Source: a virus
Lineage: Duplodnaviria; Caudoviricetes
DNA length: 53,919 nt
Direction: 5' to 3' (one strand)
Virus record (IMG/VR): IMGVR_UViG_3300029171_000010
Coordinates: 1-53,919 of that record
Shown here: positions 1 to 9,234 of the stretch, one piece after another
How positions within the stretch are numbered: position 1 is the stretch's first letter
Layout: each line of letters starts with the position of its first letter
Position numbers and translations under genes: made by a program
Notes under the pieces: generated by a model
Told to the model about the DNA's origin: nothing
The model's database searches: none
Seen by the model: only the letters and a program-made list of their open reading frames with translations

Positions 1-18
1 AGTATGACAATACAATAA

Positions 19-47
19 TTGTATCTATGCAATATTTATGTTACAAT
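19..47 (+). promoter_or_regulatory. Early sigma70-type promoter P1
   Basis: TTGTAT-17bp-TACAAT with TG extension; AAGGAG RBS follows. Confidence 0.7.
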
Positions 48-73
48 GGATTACGTAACGATAAGGAGCAATC

Positions 74-328
74 ATGATGAACGTAGCAGATATTGCAAAG
101 GCGCTGAACCGACCGTACATGTCAATTTGGCGGCTACACAAAGCTGGTAAAATCGCCATCATTAATGGCGAACCAAAAATAAACTATGATCGGCGTGGGC
201 GCAAAGCAAAGCGTCGCGAAACCTACGCGATCATAGCTGAGCAGATTGGTGTCAGCGAGCAAACGGCGATTAACTATGATCGCCGTGGAAAACTGGTTGA
301 CACCGGCGATGGATGGATTGTCATATAA
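74..328 (+). CDS. Small DNA-binding protein with two HTH-like halves; candidate repressor/regulator
   Basis: NVADIAKALNRP and TYAIIAEQIGVSEQTAINY helices; INYDRRG occurs twice; AAGGAG RBS. Confidence 0.7.
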   Translation: MMNVADIAKALNRPYMSIWRLHKAGKIAIINGEPKINYDRRGRKAKRRETYAIIAEQIGVSEQTAINYDRRGKLVDTGDGWIVI

Positions 329-345
329 TATACACATATTACCTA

Positions 346-374
346 TTGCATCTATACACAATTCATGATATACT
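346..374 (+). promoter_or_regulatory. Early sigma70-type promoter P2
   Basis: TTGCAT-17bp-TATACT with TG extension. Confidence 0.75.
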
Positions 375-409
375 TGCAGTAGGTTTTATTGATTAGAGGA
401 ACCACCACC

Positions 410-658
410 ATGAGCGCAACCGCCAAAGCCGCAACCTATAGCACAATCCTCCACGATCACCCCGTCACACTTTCACCCCTGCCAGCGGCGATCACGCTGG
501 ATCAGTTGATCGCCATCAAAGGCGACGAACGCGGTATTACCTACCGGCAGTTGGCCGCACACCAAAAACGGGCGCTCGCGGTGGAACTGGCAATGCGACA
601 GGGCGCAACGAGTGACGTAGCGCAGGCTTACTTGGATCGACGATTTGGAGGCAAGTAG
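410..658 (+). CDS. Hypothetical protein
   Basis: ATG at 410 after GAGGA; conserved in second copy at 52776. Confidence 0.75.
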   Translation: MSATAKAATYSTILHDHPVTLSPLPAAITLDQLIAIKGDERGITYRQLAAHQKRALAVELAMRQGATSDVAQAYLDRRFGGK

Positions 659-816
659 TGAGCAATGTACCCATCCGCATCCTGGTTGCAATGCATGACG
701 CACAGCAACCAGGACATGAGAGCGATGAAGATCGGTTGATTCGTAGGATTGTTGAGTTTTTGGAAGCAATGAAAGAGGAAACGACATGCGAGCGTATCAC
801 GGCGAACCAGATTTGA
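658..816 (+). CDS. Small hypothetical protein (MSNVPIRILVAMHDAQQPGHES...), not in ORF track
   Basis: GTG coupled to upstream stop; homolog at 53290-53427 differs mostly by synonymous changes. Confidence 0.65.
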   Translation: MSNVPIRILVAMHDAQQPGHESDEDRLIRRIVEFLEAMKEETTCERITANQI

Positions 817-1481
817 AAGCCAAGTTCATCGAATTGATCGAATGGCATCGCACTAGTGACAAGTTGATACAAGGCCACGGGTATTGGTTGGGCGGGCGCG
901 GTTGCGCGGTTGGATGTAGCATCCGAAGCCTGAACCAAATCCAAGGCACAAAACACAATCCAGCCGATCACGGCGCGTATGAATCGTTGATCGGCGTGCC
1001 GCGCATATTGGCGTCCCTCGAAGATTCCATCTTCGAGGGACTTCCGCCACAAGAAGCGCAGATGTGGCCGACCCGGTTTGCTGATGCGATTCAAGAAGGT
1101 GCCGATCTGTCGCTGGTTTGGCCGAAGTTTGCTGTATGGCTGCTTGTTGATAGCGAACATGGCGTTATCCGTTTTGCGAAAAACGACACACAGCGAGCCG
1201 TCATTCGACATGTTGCCGATCTGTATCAACAAACGGTTGACGGCGAGACAATAACAATCAGCGATTGGCAGAGTGTCCGATCTGCTGCTGATGCTGCTTA
1301 TGCTGCTTATGCTGCTGCTGATGCTGATGCTGCTGCTTATGCTGCTGCTGCTGCTTATGCTGATGCTGCTACTGCTACTGCTTATGCTGCTGATGCTACT
1401 GCTTATGCTGCTGATGCTGCTCGTCAGCAAGCCCGAATCGCACAGGCTGACAAATTGATTGAGTTGCTGAAATCGGCATAA
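786..1481 (+). CDS. Phage hypothetical protein with C-terminal Ala-rich ADAA/AYAA tract
   Basis: GAGGA RBS; GYW..GRGCAVGC motif; absent from second copy. Confidence 0.8.
   Translation: MRAYHGEPDLKAKFIELIEWHRTSDKLIQGHGYWLGGRGCAVGCSIRSLNQIQGTKHNPADHGAYESLIGVPRILASLEDSIFEGLPPQEAQMWPTRFADAIQEGADLSLVWPKFAVWLLVDSEHGVIRFAKNDTQRAVIRHVADLYQQTVDGETITISDWQSVRSAADAAYAAYAAADADAAAYAAAAAYADAATATAYAADATAYAADAARQQARIAQADKLIELLKSA
1283..1421 (+). repeat. GCT-based coding microsatellite (GCT/GAT/TAT/ACT codons)
   Basis: Directly visible tgctgctgatgctgctta-type tandem array. Confidence 0.95.
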
Positions 1482-1529
1482 GAAAAGCGCCGCTGAGGAA
1501 TAGCGGCGCAAGAGAAAGGGAAACGACAG

Positions 1530-1931
1530 ATGCATTCTACCACAGAGTACGCCATCGCGTACAACCATCACGATCACATGTTTGATGTGTTCTATTGCGG
1601 TACGCGCATCGATTCGATGTTGCCATCGTACACGGACGGCGAACACAGTATTCAACTCCACCAAGCGATTGAGGCTGCACAGGAAGCATGTTGTACTGAG
1701 TCGCCGATGCATCGCGCATTTCGTTGTGTGTATGAGCGCTACCCACACGCCACTATCGGATCGTGGCGCGATTACATTCACAACCTTGCACCGATTACAA
1801 CCCAGCATGCCATCATCGCCATCGCCGGCTATGGCTATAGTGTGCATACGGTAAGCAATGGTTATTTGTCGAGTTGGATTGAAACCGTGTTTGCTCATGA
1901 ACACAGCCTACCACATGAGGCCGCAGAATGA
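1530..1931 (+). CDS. Hypothetical protein
   Basis: RBS; conserved in second copy 53454-53855. Confidence 0.8.
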   Translation: MHSTTEYAIAYNHHDHMFDVFYCGTRIDSMLPSYTDGEHSIQLHQAIEAAQEACCTESPMHRAFRCVYERYPHATIGSWRDYIHNLAPITTQHAIIAIAGYGYSVHTVSNGYLSSWIETVFAHEHSLPHEAAE

Positions 1932-2266
1932 AACGACGATACGGGGACGTTAGCACTACGCTCCTTGATGCAGCGCTCGTAGCCGCCACATGCGCCTATG
2001 CCGCATGGCTGGATGAGCACAAGGGGTTAGAACCTGATCATACGTGGGCAGAAGTGGTGTTCGGTGTGGTGTTATGTCTAGCGCAAGCAGAAGCGCAACA
2101 CCAAGTCGGTATGGGGTATCGGCGGGCGGTCTGGCGTTCGTTTGTCCTTGGTGGTACGCCGATCATTATTGGCGAACTCACACAGTGGGTACAACGGATC
2201 GCAGATCGTGAAGCATACGAAGTAATGCGGCGGACACGGGTACAGTATCGCGATTTACAGCAGTGA
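1928..2266 (+). CDS. Hypothetical membrane protein
   Basis: ATGA overlap; hydrophobic segments. Confidence 0.7.
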   Translation: MKRRYGDVSTTLLDAALVAATCAYAAWLDEHKGLEPDHTWAEVVFGVVLCLAQAEAQHQVGMGYRRAVWRSFVLGGTPIIIGELTQWVQRIADREAYEVMRRTRVQYRDLQQ

Positions 2267-2277
2267 GAGGATGAGCG

Positions 2278-2487
2278 ATGCGAAAGCGACGGCTCCCTGT
2301 ACAGAGCGCGCTACATCTTGACATCGCCGAAATACATCTTAAAGAAGCGCTTGAACTCGTGGCAGCAGCGCGGAAGAATGCCAAGATTAATCCCGATCTA
2401 TTAATCACGATCTTAGCCGATACCCGCGCCGAAATATTGGATGCCTTACGGAAACTCGATAAGGCGCGATGGAATGAGGAAGAGTGA
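2278..2487 (+). CDS. Hypothetical protein
   Basis: GAGG RBS, operon context. Confidence 0.65.
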   Translation: MRKRRLPVQSALHLDIAEIHLKEALELVAAARKNAKINPDLLITILADTRAEILDALRKLDKARWNEEE

Positions 2488-2562
2488 CTCGCCTGAGCGG
2501 CGTAACCGCTCACCAGTGCCGCCGGATGTCGGCGGCGAAACAAACACAGAGGAGCATCTACC

Positions 2563-3351
2563 ATGAGCAGCTTTAGTGAACAGGTAACCGATCTGGCCGT
2601 GATTGACAACATGCCAACCGTGGCGTTTGAGCCGCCGCGTATGTGGTGGCACAACGGGATCAAGCAAGCCAAAACCGCAGGCAGTTTCTACACCCGCGCA
2701 TCGGAGTTTCCGAACGGCCTACCCGAACCATGGGCCAGCGATGATCGCTTTGAAGGCGAGCAGGGCTACAGCACAAGCACACTGAAGATCGCCGCACTCG
2801 CCAAACGAACCCAAGCATTCATTAAGCCCGCCGAACAAGGGCAGCCGGTCGAATGGTTGACCAAGTGGAAGCAAGGGGCATCGGTGTACACCGAGGTGCT
2901 GTGCCTCGTTGAGGGCTACGACGGACCGGTCGTCTGGGCAAGTAAAGGGTTAACGGGCAAGGGTGTCAGTGATATTCTGCGCAGTTATGAGAATGGGCTG
3001 CTGAAGGAAGCAAGCCGCGTTGCCAAGCGTGCGCTTCCCCTCTGGGCATTCTGGCTGCCCATCAGCAGCAAGCGCCTTGCTGATGGCAAGATTGCTTATG
3101 AGGACACCGGCTACGGTAGCTGGGTCACACCACCTGCATTAGTGCTACCTGAACAGGCCATGGATGCGCTGTATGTTGGCAACGACGTAGTAGCACAGGC
3201 TGCCGCTATCTGGAACGAACACAGCGCATGGAGCAAGTTTCAGCGTTTACCGGAGAACACGGTTGAAGGCGAGATTGTCGAACCGAAACAACTGCCAGCG
3301 CCATCAGGGCGTAACGTTCCGCAATTGGTCGAAGAGGGCGATACGTATTAG
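2563..3351 (+). CDS. Replication-module protein, possibly ssDNA-binding
   Basis: GAGGAG RBS; aromatic-rich, acidic C-terminal tail; directly upstream of primase. Function is inference. Confidence 0.55.
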   Translation: MSSFSEQVTDLAVIDNMPTVAFEPPRMWWHNGIKQAKTAGSFYTRASEFPNGLPEPWASDDRFEGEQGYSTSTLKIAALAKRTQAFIKPAEQGQPVEWLTKWKQGASVYTEVLCLVEGYDGPVVWASKGLTGKGVSDILRSYENGLLKEASRVAKRALPLWAFWLPISSKRLADGKIAYEDTGYGSWVTPPALVLPEQAMDALYVGNDVVAQAAAIWNEHSAWSKFQRLPENTVEGEIVEPKQLPAPSGRNVPQLVEEGDTY

Positions 3352-3359
3352 GTGATCAC

Positions 3360-3390
3360 GCGGCGCGTAGTCTGACTACGCGCCGCCTTT
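3360..3390 (+). terminator. Hairpin / probable intrinsic terminator
   Basis: gcggcgcgtagtc-t-gactacgcgccgc followed by cttt. Confidence 0.55.
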
Positions 3391-3399
3391 GGATTCGCT

Positions 3400-4329
3400 A
3401 TGTTTTCTGAGTTTCAACAACATCTCCATCGTGGCGGATCGTTTGCCTACTACCACCTGTTGCCACAAAAGCGCAGTGTGTGGTATGCAGTGGGTGACGA
3501 CCCAGAGCTTAACCCAGCTAATGCAAAAGCTAATTTGTACTTTGGCGTGCATCCATCGCGCATTATCCCGCCGTGCAATGCAAGCGGCGAGATCAGGCTG
3601 GCAGAGTATGTACGCTCCCAACTACGAACAATTGCAGCGATCAATTGCTTGTTCGCTGAATACGATACAAAAGACTATGGCAACATCGGCGATATTGAGC
3701 GCCACATTGAAGCACTGCCAGTGCCAGAACCAAGCGTTATGGTGTTGAGTGGCGGTGGTGTGCATGCCTATTGGCTGCTCAAAGAAACGTACACCACCGA
3801 CAACGAAGATCGCCTGAAAGCCGCACAATTCCTGCAATCGCGCTGGGTTGACCTCGTAGGCGGCGATAAGGGCGCAAACGATTTGACCCGTATTTTGCGC
3901 GTACCAGGGTCGCGCAATTACAAGTACGACCCGCCGCGCTGGGTGCAGTGGCATAGCGCCAACCTTGACAAGCAATTCGATCTCACGCTGCTTGGCTCAT
4001 GCCTTCCGCCAATTACCACACCAACACCAAAGATAGCACAGGCGAAGGATGGCAGTATTGCCGCTTTTAACGATGCCAACAACATCGGAACCGTGTTGGA
4101 GCGGTTCGGCTATACCTGGCAGGGACGGCGCAAGATGCTGAGTCCATGGAGTAGTACCGGCCAAGCGGGCGTAACGATTGACATGGATACCAACCGCGCA
4201 TTCGTCCATCACGGCAGCGACCCGCTGAATGATGGCTACTGGAAACGACCGTTCGATGTGATCTGCATTCTTGACTATCACGGCGATTTCAGGCGCGCCC
4301 TGGCCGCTGTTCGTGAGGCGTTGGTATGA
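3400..4329 (+). CDS. RepB-type (AEP superfamily) DNA primase
   Basis: SGGGVHAYWLL and DLTRILRVPGSRNYK motifs. Confidence 0.8.
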   Translation: MFSEFQQHLHRGGSFAYYHLLPQKRSVWYAVGDDPELNPANAKANLYFGVHPSRIIPPCNASGEIRLAEYVRSQLRTIAAINCLFAEYDTKDYGNIGDIERHIEALPVPEPSVMVLSGGGVHAYWLLKETYTTDNEDRLKAAQFLQSRWVDLVGGDKGANDLTRILRVPGSRNYKYDPPRWVQWHSANLDKQFDLTLLGSCLPPITTPTPKIAQAKDGSIAAFNDANNIGTVLERFGYTWQGRRKMLSPWSSTGQAGVTIDMDTNRAFVHHGSDPLNDGYWKRPFDVICILDYHGDFRRALAAVREALV

Positions 4330-5531
4330 GCGTAGCAGATGAACTCAGTAAAATGGGCGTGCCCGTACAGCCCGAAATCCTGCAAAGCCAGATTTGGATC
4401 GAATCGCTCAAAGCGCTTGGATACCATTTTCGGCTCAATCTGAGTGATGACAGTATTGAGATTAACCAATACGGAACCAAATTGAGTGATGTTGAAATGG
4501 CAGAAATCAGAACCAAGATGCGTGACCGTGGAGTGAAGCGCGATCTTAAAGCGGTTGAAGACGCTTATATGACTGAAGCAAAACGAAACGCATACCACCC
4601 GGTCAAAGATTGGTTGAATAACCTGGCTGGTAAGTGGGATGGGCAAGATCGGTTGCTGGAGTTAGCCCGCAAGATCAAGAGCGACAGCGGGGCAGTAACG
4701 TATAAAGACGGACGCACCACGCCGATTCACGCGGTTTACATTGGCCGGTGGATGATTGGTACAGTTGCAAAAGCACTTGATGGTGTACAAAACCCTGCAT
4801 TAACGTTCGATGGCAATCAAGGCATTGGCAAAAGTTTGCTCGCTCGCTGGTTATGCCCAGATTTGCAATGGTTTTTTGAGGGGCCGATCAATCCACAGGA
4901 TAAGGATTGCGAAATACGACTAATGACAAAGTTGGTCTGGGAAGTGAGCGAGCTTGATGCTACAACTCGCAGGGCAGATGTAAGCGCGCTCAAGAGCTTT
5001 CTCACCAAAGGGCAAGTGACCGTTCGCAAAGCATACGGACGAACCGATATTACCAAGCCCGCCATGTGCTCATTTATCGGCACAGTAAACAACACAAGCA
5101 GCGGGTTTTTGGTTGACGAAACTGGTAGCCGTCGCTTTCTGATTGTGCGACTGACGGCGATTGATTGGAGCTACCAGCATATTGACAAAGAACAGCTTTG
5201 GGCACAGGTCTACCACCTATATCGCGAAGACGGGCAAACGCCAGATTTAACACCCGAAGAAAAACAAGCCCAACAAAAAATTAACAAGACATACAACCAA
5301 GATAGTCCAATTGATGACTATATACGCATGTACTTTACGCTCACTGGACTAGAAAGCGACACACTCAGCATGGGCGACATCCTAACGCACCTTGCAGAAA
5401 AAGGGCATCGACTGCACGGCAGTGAACGACTTCAGGGCATGGAGGTTGCACGTAGCTTGGCATTACTTGGATGCATCAAGATTCATACTCGCTACGGCAA
5501 TCAGTGGGCTGGTATTGCAATCAAGCATTAG
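4326..5531 (+). CDS. VapE/virulence-associated E family P-loop ATPase (SF3-like helicase)
   Basis: Walker A GNQGIGKS, WEVSELD, RKAYGR, FIGTVN, DETGSRRF. Confidence 0.88.
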   Translation: MSVADELSKMGVPVQPEILQSQIWIESLKALGYHFRLNLSDDSIEINQYGTKLSDVEMAEIRTKMRDRGVKRDLKAVEDAYMTEAKRNAYHPVKDWLNNLAGKWDGQDRLLELARKIKSDSGAVTYKDGRTTPIHAVYIGRWMIGTVAKALDGVQNPALTFDGNQGIGKSLLARWLCPDLQWFFEGPINPQDKDCEIRLMTKLVWEVSELDATTRRADVSALKSFLTKGQVTVRKAYGRTDITKPAMCSFIGTVNNTSSGFLVDETGSRRFLIVRLTAIDWSYQHIDKEQLWAQVYHLYREDGQTPDLTPEEKQAQQKINKTYNQDSPIDDYIRMYFTLTGLESDTLSMGDILTHLAEKGHRLHGSERLQGMEVARSLALLGCIKIHTRYGNQWAGIAIKH

Positions 5532-5532
5532 C

Positions 5533-5780
5533 GTGAATACCTCCGAGGTATTCACGGGGTATTCACAGGTATTCATTTGGCTTCCTAATGCGCTGGTGAA
5601 TACCGTGAATACCTCCGATATAACAATCATCTTAGATCATCTTATATAAGAGACACAGGGAGTGCACCGTTTTCAATAAAGTTTTCCAGTAGGTATTCAC
5701 GTATTCACGGTATTCACACTCCGCATCAGGACGCGCTAAAACACGTGAACACCTAGGTATTCACAAAATGAGGTATTCAC
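5533..5780. repeat. Probable replication origin with about 12 GTATTCAC iterons
   Basis: GTATTCAC/GTGAATAC copies in direct and inverted orientation around an AT-rich spacer, directly after the helicase. Confidence 0.8.
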
Positions 5781-5794
5781 AGAGGAGCAACGAT

Positions 5795-6421
5795 ATGCAA
5801 CCGCCGTTAACCACACTCGAAGAACACGAACTTGACGCATTCTGGGCGCGCCCAGCGCGCAAGCAAACACCGATTAACCCAGCCCATACACCCGGGGCCG
5901 TGGCAATAACAACAACGTGTCGAGTCTGCGGCAAACGCAGCCAGCAAGCTATTCATGAACCCGGGCTACTCTGCAACGTCTGCCGCCACGATCTTGATGG
6001 TGCAGAAAACAAACTCAACAAACAGCTTGCCGATCTTAATGTCGCTGAGGCCACCGCTAGTGAAACGTGGATACAACGACAAGCAGATTTGCCCGATGAA
6101 CTTGCGGAGCGCTGGTATCGGCTCAGTCAAGACAAGCAGCGGATTGATGCACAACTGCAACGCGCCGAAACCGAGAAGAAATTTGAAAACGCCGGAACCC
6201 TCACCGACATTGTGCGGCGTGTTGCAGACTTACAAGCAGAGCGAGATACGATTTATGCACGGATTGAACGAACCCGCGCCAAAGGCGGCGAACTAGCAAC
6301 ACTGATTGAGCAAGAACAAAACTGGCAACGCACACGGACAGACTTTCAGCAAAAACGCATTGCTATTCAGCAGGGCCTACAAGAAGTTACCGCCGCCCGC
6401 GATGGCAATGCACCATTCTAA
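5795..6421 (+). CDS. Zn-ribbon plus coiled-coil protein
   Basis: CRVC...CNVC then heptad-rich helix; GAGGAG RBS before ATG 5795. Confidence 0.7.
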   Translation: MQPPLTTLEEHELDAFWARPARKQTPINPAHTPGAVAITTTCRVCGKRSQQAIHEPGLLCNVCRHDLDGAENKLNKQLADLNVAEATASETWIQRQADLPDELAERWYRLSQDKQRIDAQLQRAETEKKFENAGTLTDIVRRVADLQAERDTIYARIERTRAKGGELATLIEQEQNWQRTRTDFQQKRIAIQQGLQEVTAARDGNAPF

Positions 6422-6433
6422 CGAGGAGCCGCT

Positions 6434-6529
6434 ATGAACGACCACAACGAACACATGGTTATCTATCTGATTGGCATCGCCGTTATTTTAGTGGCGTTGA
6501 TCTTGGTAGGAACGGGGGTACTGGGGTGA
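6434..6529 (+). CDS. 31-aa single-TM peptide
   Basis: GAGGAG RBS; VIYLIGIAVILVALILVG; GTGA overlap with next gene. Confidence 0.6.
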   Translation: MNDHNEHMVIYLIGIAVILVALILVGTGVLG

Positions 6530-7167
6530 AATACCAGATCATCTTGCTTGATCCGCCGTGGCATTACAACAACCGTGCCAACCATAAAACACGGTTCCGT
6601 GGCGGGGTGCATGGTCACTATCCAACGATGACGATGCAGCAGATCGCCGCGTTGCCGGTTCCGCAACTGGCTGCCAACGATTGCGCCGTGTTGCTGTGGT
6701 GTACGTTTCCATACCTTGATGTACAGATCAAACTATTCCAGCATTGGGGTTTCAAGTTTCGCACACAACTGTTGACATGGATTAAGCTCAATCCGGTTGG
6801 TTACGATATTCCACATGATGATCCGAACTATAGCGCCAGTAAAGAGTACGTGCGCTATAGCGGCGATGGTTTGTACCATAGCGTCTTTTTCGGCGTTGGT
6901 CACTACGCAAAAAGCAATGCCGAAGTGTTGCTCCTAGGTATGCGTGGCAAGGTTAAGGTACAAAGCGATTGCGTATCGAGCGTTGTACTCGCACCACGCC
7001 GCAGGCATAGTCAGAAGCCAGAGGAAAGCTACACGCGCATCGAAACATTGTTCGGCGATGTGCCACGGATCGAACTGTTTGCTCGCCAGCGCCGCGTCGG
7101 ATGGGATACGCACGGCAACGATCTTGATGGTCGCGATATCTACGAAAGCCTAGAGGTGCAGGTATGA
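6526..7167 (+). CDS. MT-A70 family N6-adenine methyltransferase
   Basis: DPPW, HYPTM, HSQKPEE, RIELFAR, GWDTHGN motifs. Confidence 0.92.
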   Translation: MKYQIILLDPPWHYNNRANHKTRFRGGVHGHYPTMTMQQIAALPVPQLAANDCAVLLWCTFPYLDVQIKLFQHWGFKFRTQLLTWIKLNPVGYDIPHDDPNYSASKEYVRYSGDGLYHSVFFGVGHYAKSNAEVLLLGMRGKVKVQSDCVSSVVLAPRRRHSQKPEESYTRIETLFGDVPRIELFARQRRVGWDTHGNDLDGRDIYESLEVQV

Positions 7168-7716
7168 ATAAAGCATTTAAAACACACTTGCGTGAGCAAA
7201 CAAAGCACCACATCGTGGCCAGCAAGAAAAAGAAGCGAGACATACCACCGACAGTAGAAGCGGAGGAAGCGGCGATCAGTGCGCAGATCGACAAAGTAAC
7301 GGCAGTATTTAGCGCAACGCATATTGAGCTTAGCAGTGCAACCATCCCTCTTGGCTCCATCGCCGCATTTAATATACAGATGGATGCCATTAATCGCCAT
7401 AGTGTAATCACGTTACCATCCTCCAACCCAACGCATTGGCATGACTCAATCCAAGTACAGTACACCGAGGGTAAGCGACTGCTGCGGTGGGGGGGGGAAT
7501 TGGGTCACTACCCATGCATTCCTGAAGGAGAACTATTACAGCGTTGAACATCAGCGCATCTTGTACCGCTATGCAATGACGATCCCACCGTACCAGCTCC
7601 ATGATCGCGTGGTGTCGATTGGTCTGACACTTTGTGATGAATATGGCGAGCCGGTTGCACAATGTGCGCCGTTTCCGGTAACAAACATACACACTATCAG
7701 GATGGTAGAGCTATGA
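7164..7716 (+). pseudogene. Hypothetical gene split by a frameshift in a G9 tract (7489-7497)
   Basis: ORFs 7164-7547 and 7441-7716 join into one 183-aa frame if the tract is G8; joined gene has ATGA overlaps at both ends. Confidence 0.6.
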
Positions 7717-7928
7717 CAAATTGTACGAGTTGTGGCGTGGCAATAACGCCAATTGAAACATACGGTGAGCACGATTGTCCTATGTGCTGGACATGTGAGC
7801 TTGCATGGCAAAACGATCCATGGCACTTGGAGATTTTTATCCACGAAACAACGTCAGATGGTGTTGTTCATATTAAAAAAGGCCGCGACTACAATCTGTT
7901 TTTTGATATAGAGGAAGAAGCGCCATGA
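7713..7928 (+). CDS. Small Zn-ribbon protein
   Basis: CTSCG...CPMCWTC; ATGA overlap. Confidence 0.65.
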   Translation: MTNCTSCGVAITPIETYGEHDCPMCWTCELAWQNDPWHLEIFIHETTSDGVVHIKKGRDYNLFFDIEEEAP

Positions 7929-8041
7929 GACGCGCCGCACGCATTGACACGAACCACAACGACATCGCCGCTGTGCGTCCCTACGCCGTGCGGTGTGCCG
8001 TCGATATGTTACCAGTAAAGGAAATAAGCAATGAGAGTTAA
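7925..8041 (+). pseudogene. Probable truncated remnant of a small phage nuclease gene (MRRAARIDTNHNDI...)
   Basis: N-terminus resembles the MRRAA[K/R]xDxN start of small phage restriction-fold nucleases but stops after 38 aa. Confidence 0.45.
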
Positions 8042-8798
8042 TCGTGGTGATATTGGTATGTGCGCACTGTGCGGTACTGAAATTTTACGCCATTCAAAAG
8101 CACACATTTACTGTACCACTTGTTCAGCAGAACGAGATAAGCAGCGTAAAGCTAAATGGCAGAAGAACAACCCTGAGCCATCACATAAATCTGTCGCTCG
8201 CCAAAACACGCGGACATCAAAAGCACTGGAATATGGAATTCAGGTTAACGAAAGAATGAAATCGAATGGGAACTGGTCGGCGTCTGACGAGGTTAACCTT
8301 CTTTGGATGGTTCGAGTTAGTGTTCCATTTTCATATGCACTTTCAAAAAACCATATCTATTCAATGACAAGTAAAGGCCATATTGCAATGCGAGGCGACT
8401 CGCGGACTGCGCGCGACGAACTCACCATATTGCTTCGATCTGCCATTATACGCGGCGGACATACTCCAGTAACCGGAAAGGTTTGGATTGATTTGCTTGT
8501 GCAAAAATCAGATCATCGCGGTGACGCTGTGAATGTTATTGATTTGGTGTGCGACGCGGCTAAGGATGCGCTCGGAGTGGATGATCGTTGGTTTGCTATT
8601 CGGAGACTTGATTGGGAGATCGTCAAGTCTGATCCTCGATTGTTTGTTGGTGTCGGACAATCACATCACGAACCCCGCCTCGTTTGTTCGTATTGCGGAC
8701 AGATCAAACCAGAAACTGCATTTAACAATCATCGCTCTACACCATCGGGAAAGTCAAAAGTGTGCCGATCTTGTTTGGCAAGAAGAGAAGAAGAATGA
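8031..8798 (+). CDS. RusA-like Holliday junction resolvase flanked by Cys4 Zn motifs
   Basis: RGDAVNVIDLVCDA...GVDDRW resembles RusA DxDN..K...D...DD; CxxC pairs at both ends. Confidence 0.65.
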   Translation: MRVNRGDIGMCALCGTEILRHSKAHIYCTTCSAERDKQRKAKWQKNNPEPSHKSVARQNTRTSKALEYGIQVNERMKSNGNWSASDEVNLLWMVRVSVPFSYALSKNHIYSMTSKGHIAMRGDSRTARDELTILLRSAIIRGGHTPVTGKVWIDLLVQKSDHRGDAVNVIDLVCDAAKDALGVDDRWFAIRRLDWEIVKSDPRLFVGVGQSHHEPRLVCSYCGQIKPETAFNNHRSTPSGKSKVCRSCLARREEE

Positions 8799-8871
8799 TT
8801 ATCGAGTGGCATGTGTATGTTGTGTTTGGCAAGGTCGCGCACTGCGAGGCGTTGCTGGAGGAGGTAAGCCG

Positions 8872-9234
8872 ATGACTCGTCTACAACCAACGTGCGCCCG
8901 CTGCATCATCGGCGTGCCACGTAATCGACGCTATAAACTCTGCGATGCGTGCAAAGCGAACGGATATTACTGGTGTGTCCTTGGCCAGCACGTCACCCGC
9001 ACCAAGCGCCGCCAGCGCAATCAATGCAGAGTATGCAAAAACCAGTACCAACGCCAGTGGCGCGAACGATCCGCTATTGCGCCGCCGGATGGATATGTAT
9101 CGCTGAGTGTGGCGGCACGCGCTACGCACTATACCGCCGAAGCGCTCCGACAACGTGTGTGCCGCGGTGTGCTACCGGCATGGAGACATCCGGTAAAACG
9201 TGGATGGTTTGTCAGGATTGAGGAGATACAGTAA
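8872..9234 (+). CDS. Zn-binding plus HTH DNA-binding protein
   Basis: GGAGG RBS; several CxxC; C-terminal YVSLSVAARATHYTAEALRQRV MerR-like HTH. Confidence 0.65.
   Translation: MTRLQPTCARCIIGVPRNRRYKLCDACKANGYYWCVLGQHVTRTKRRQRNQCRVCKNQYQRQWRERSAIAPPDGYVSLSVAARATHYTAEALRQRVCRGVLPAWRHPVKRGWFVRIEEIQ

Noticed and set aside
537-1904. 455-aa minus-strand ORF with poly-Ser
   Set aside because: Antisense shadow of the GCT repeat and real + strand genes; no RBS, and broken in copy 2
1-1976. Diversity-generating retroelement TR/VR pair with 52369-53900
   Set aside because: No reverse transcriptase; differences are not adenine-specific and span whole genes
5645-5658. TATAAGAGACA resembling the Tn5/Nextera mosaic end
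   Set aside because: Only 11 of 19 nt match and flanks differ; it sits in the AT-rich origin core
5533-5780. CRISPR-like array
   Set aside because: 8-bp units in mixed orientation with irregular spacing; no spacers or cas genes
8533-8871. N-terminal extension of ORF 8533-9234
   Set aside because: Overlaps the RusA-like gene; good RBS and ATG at 8872
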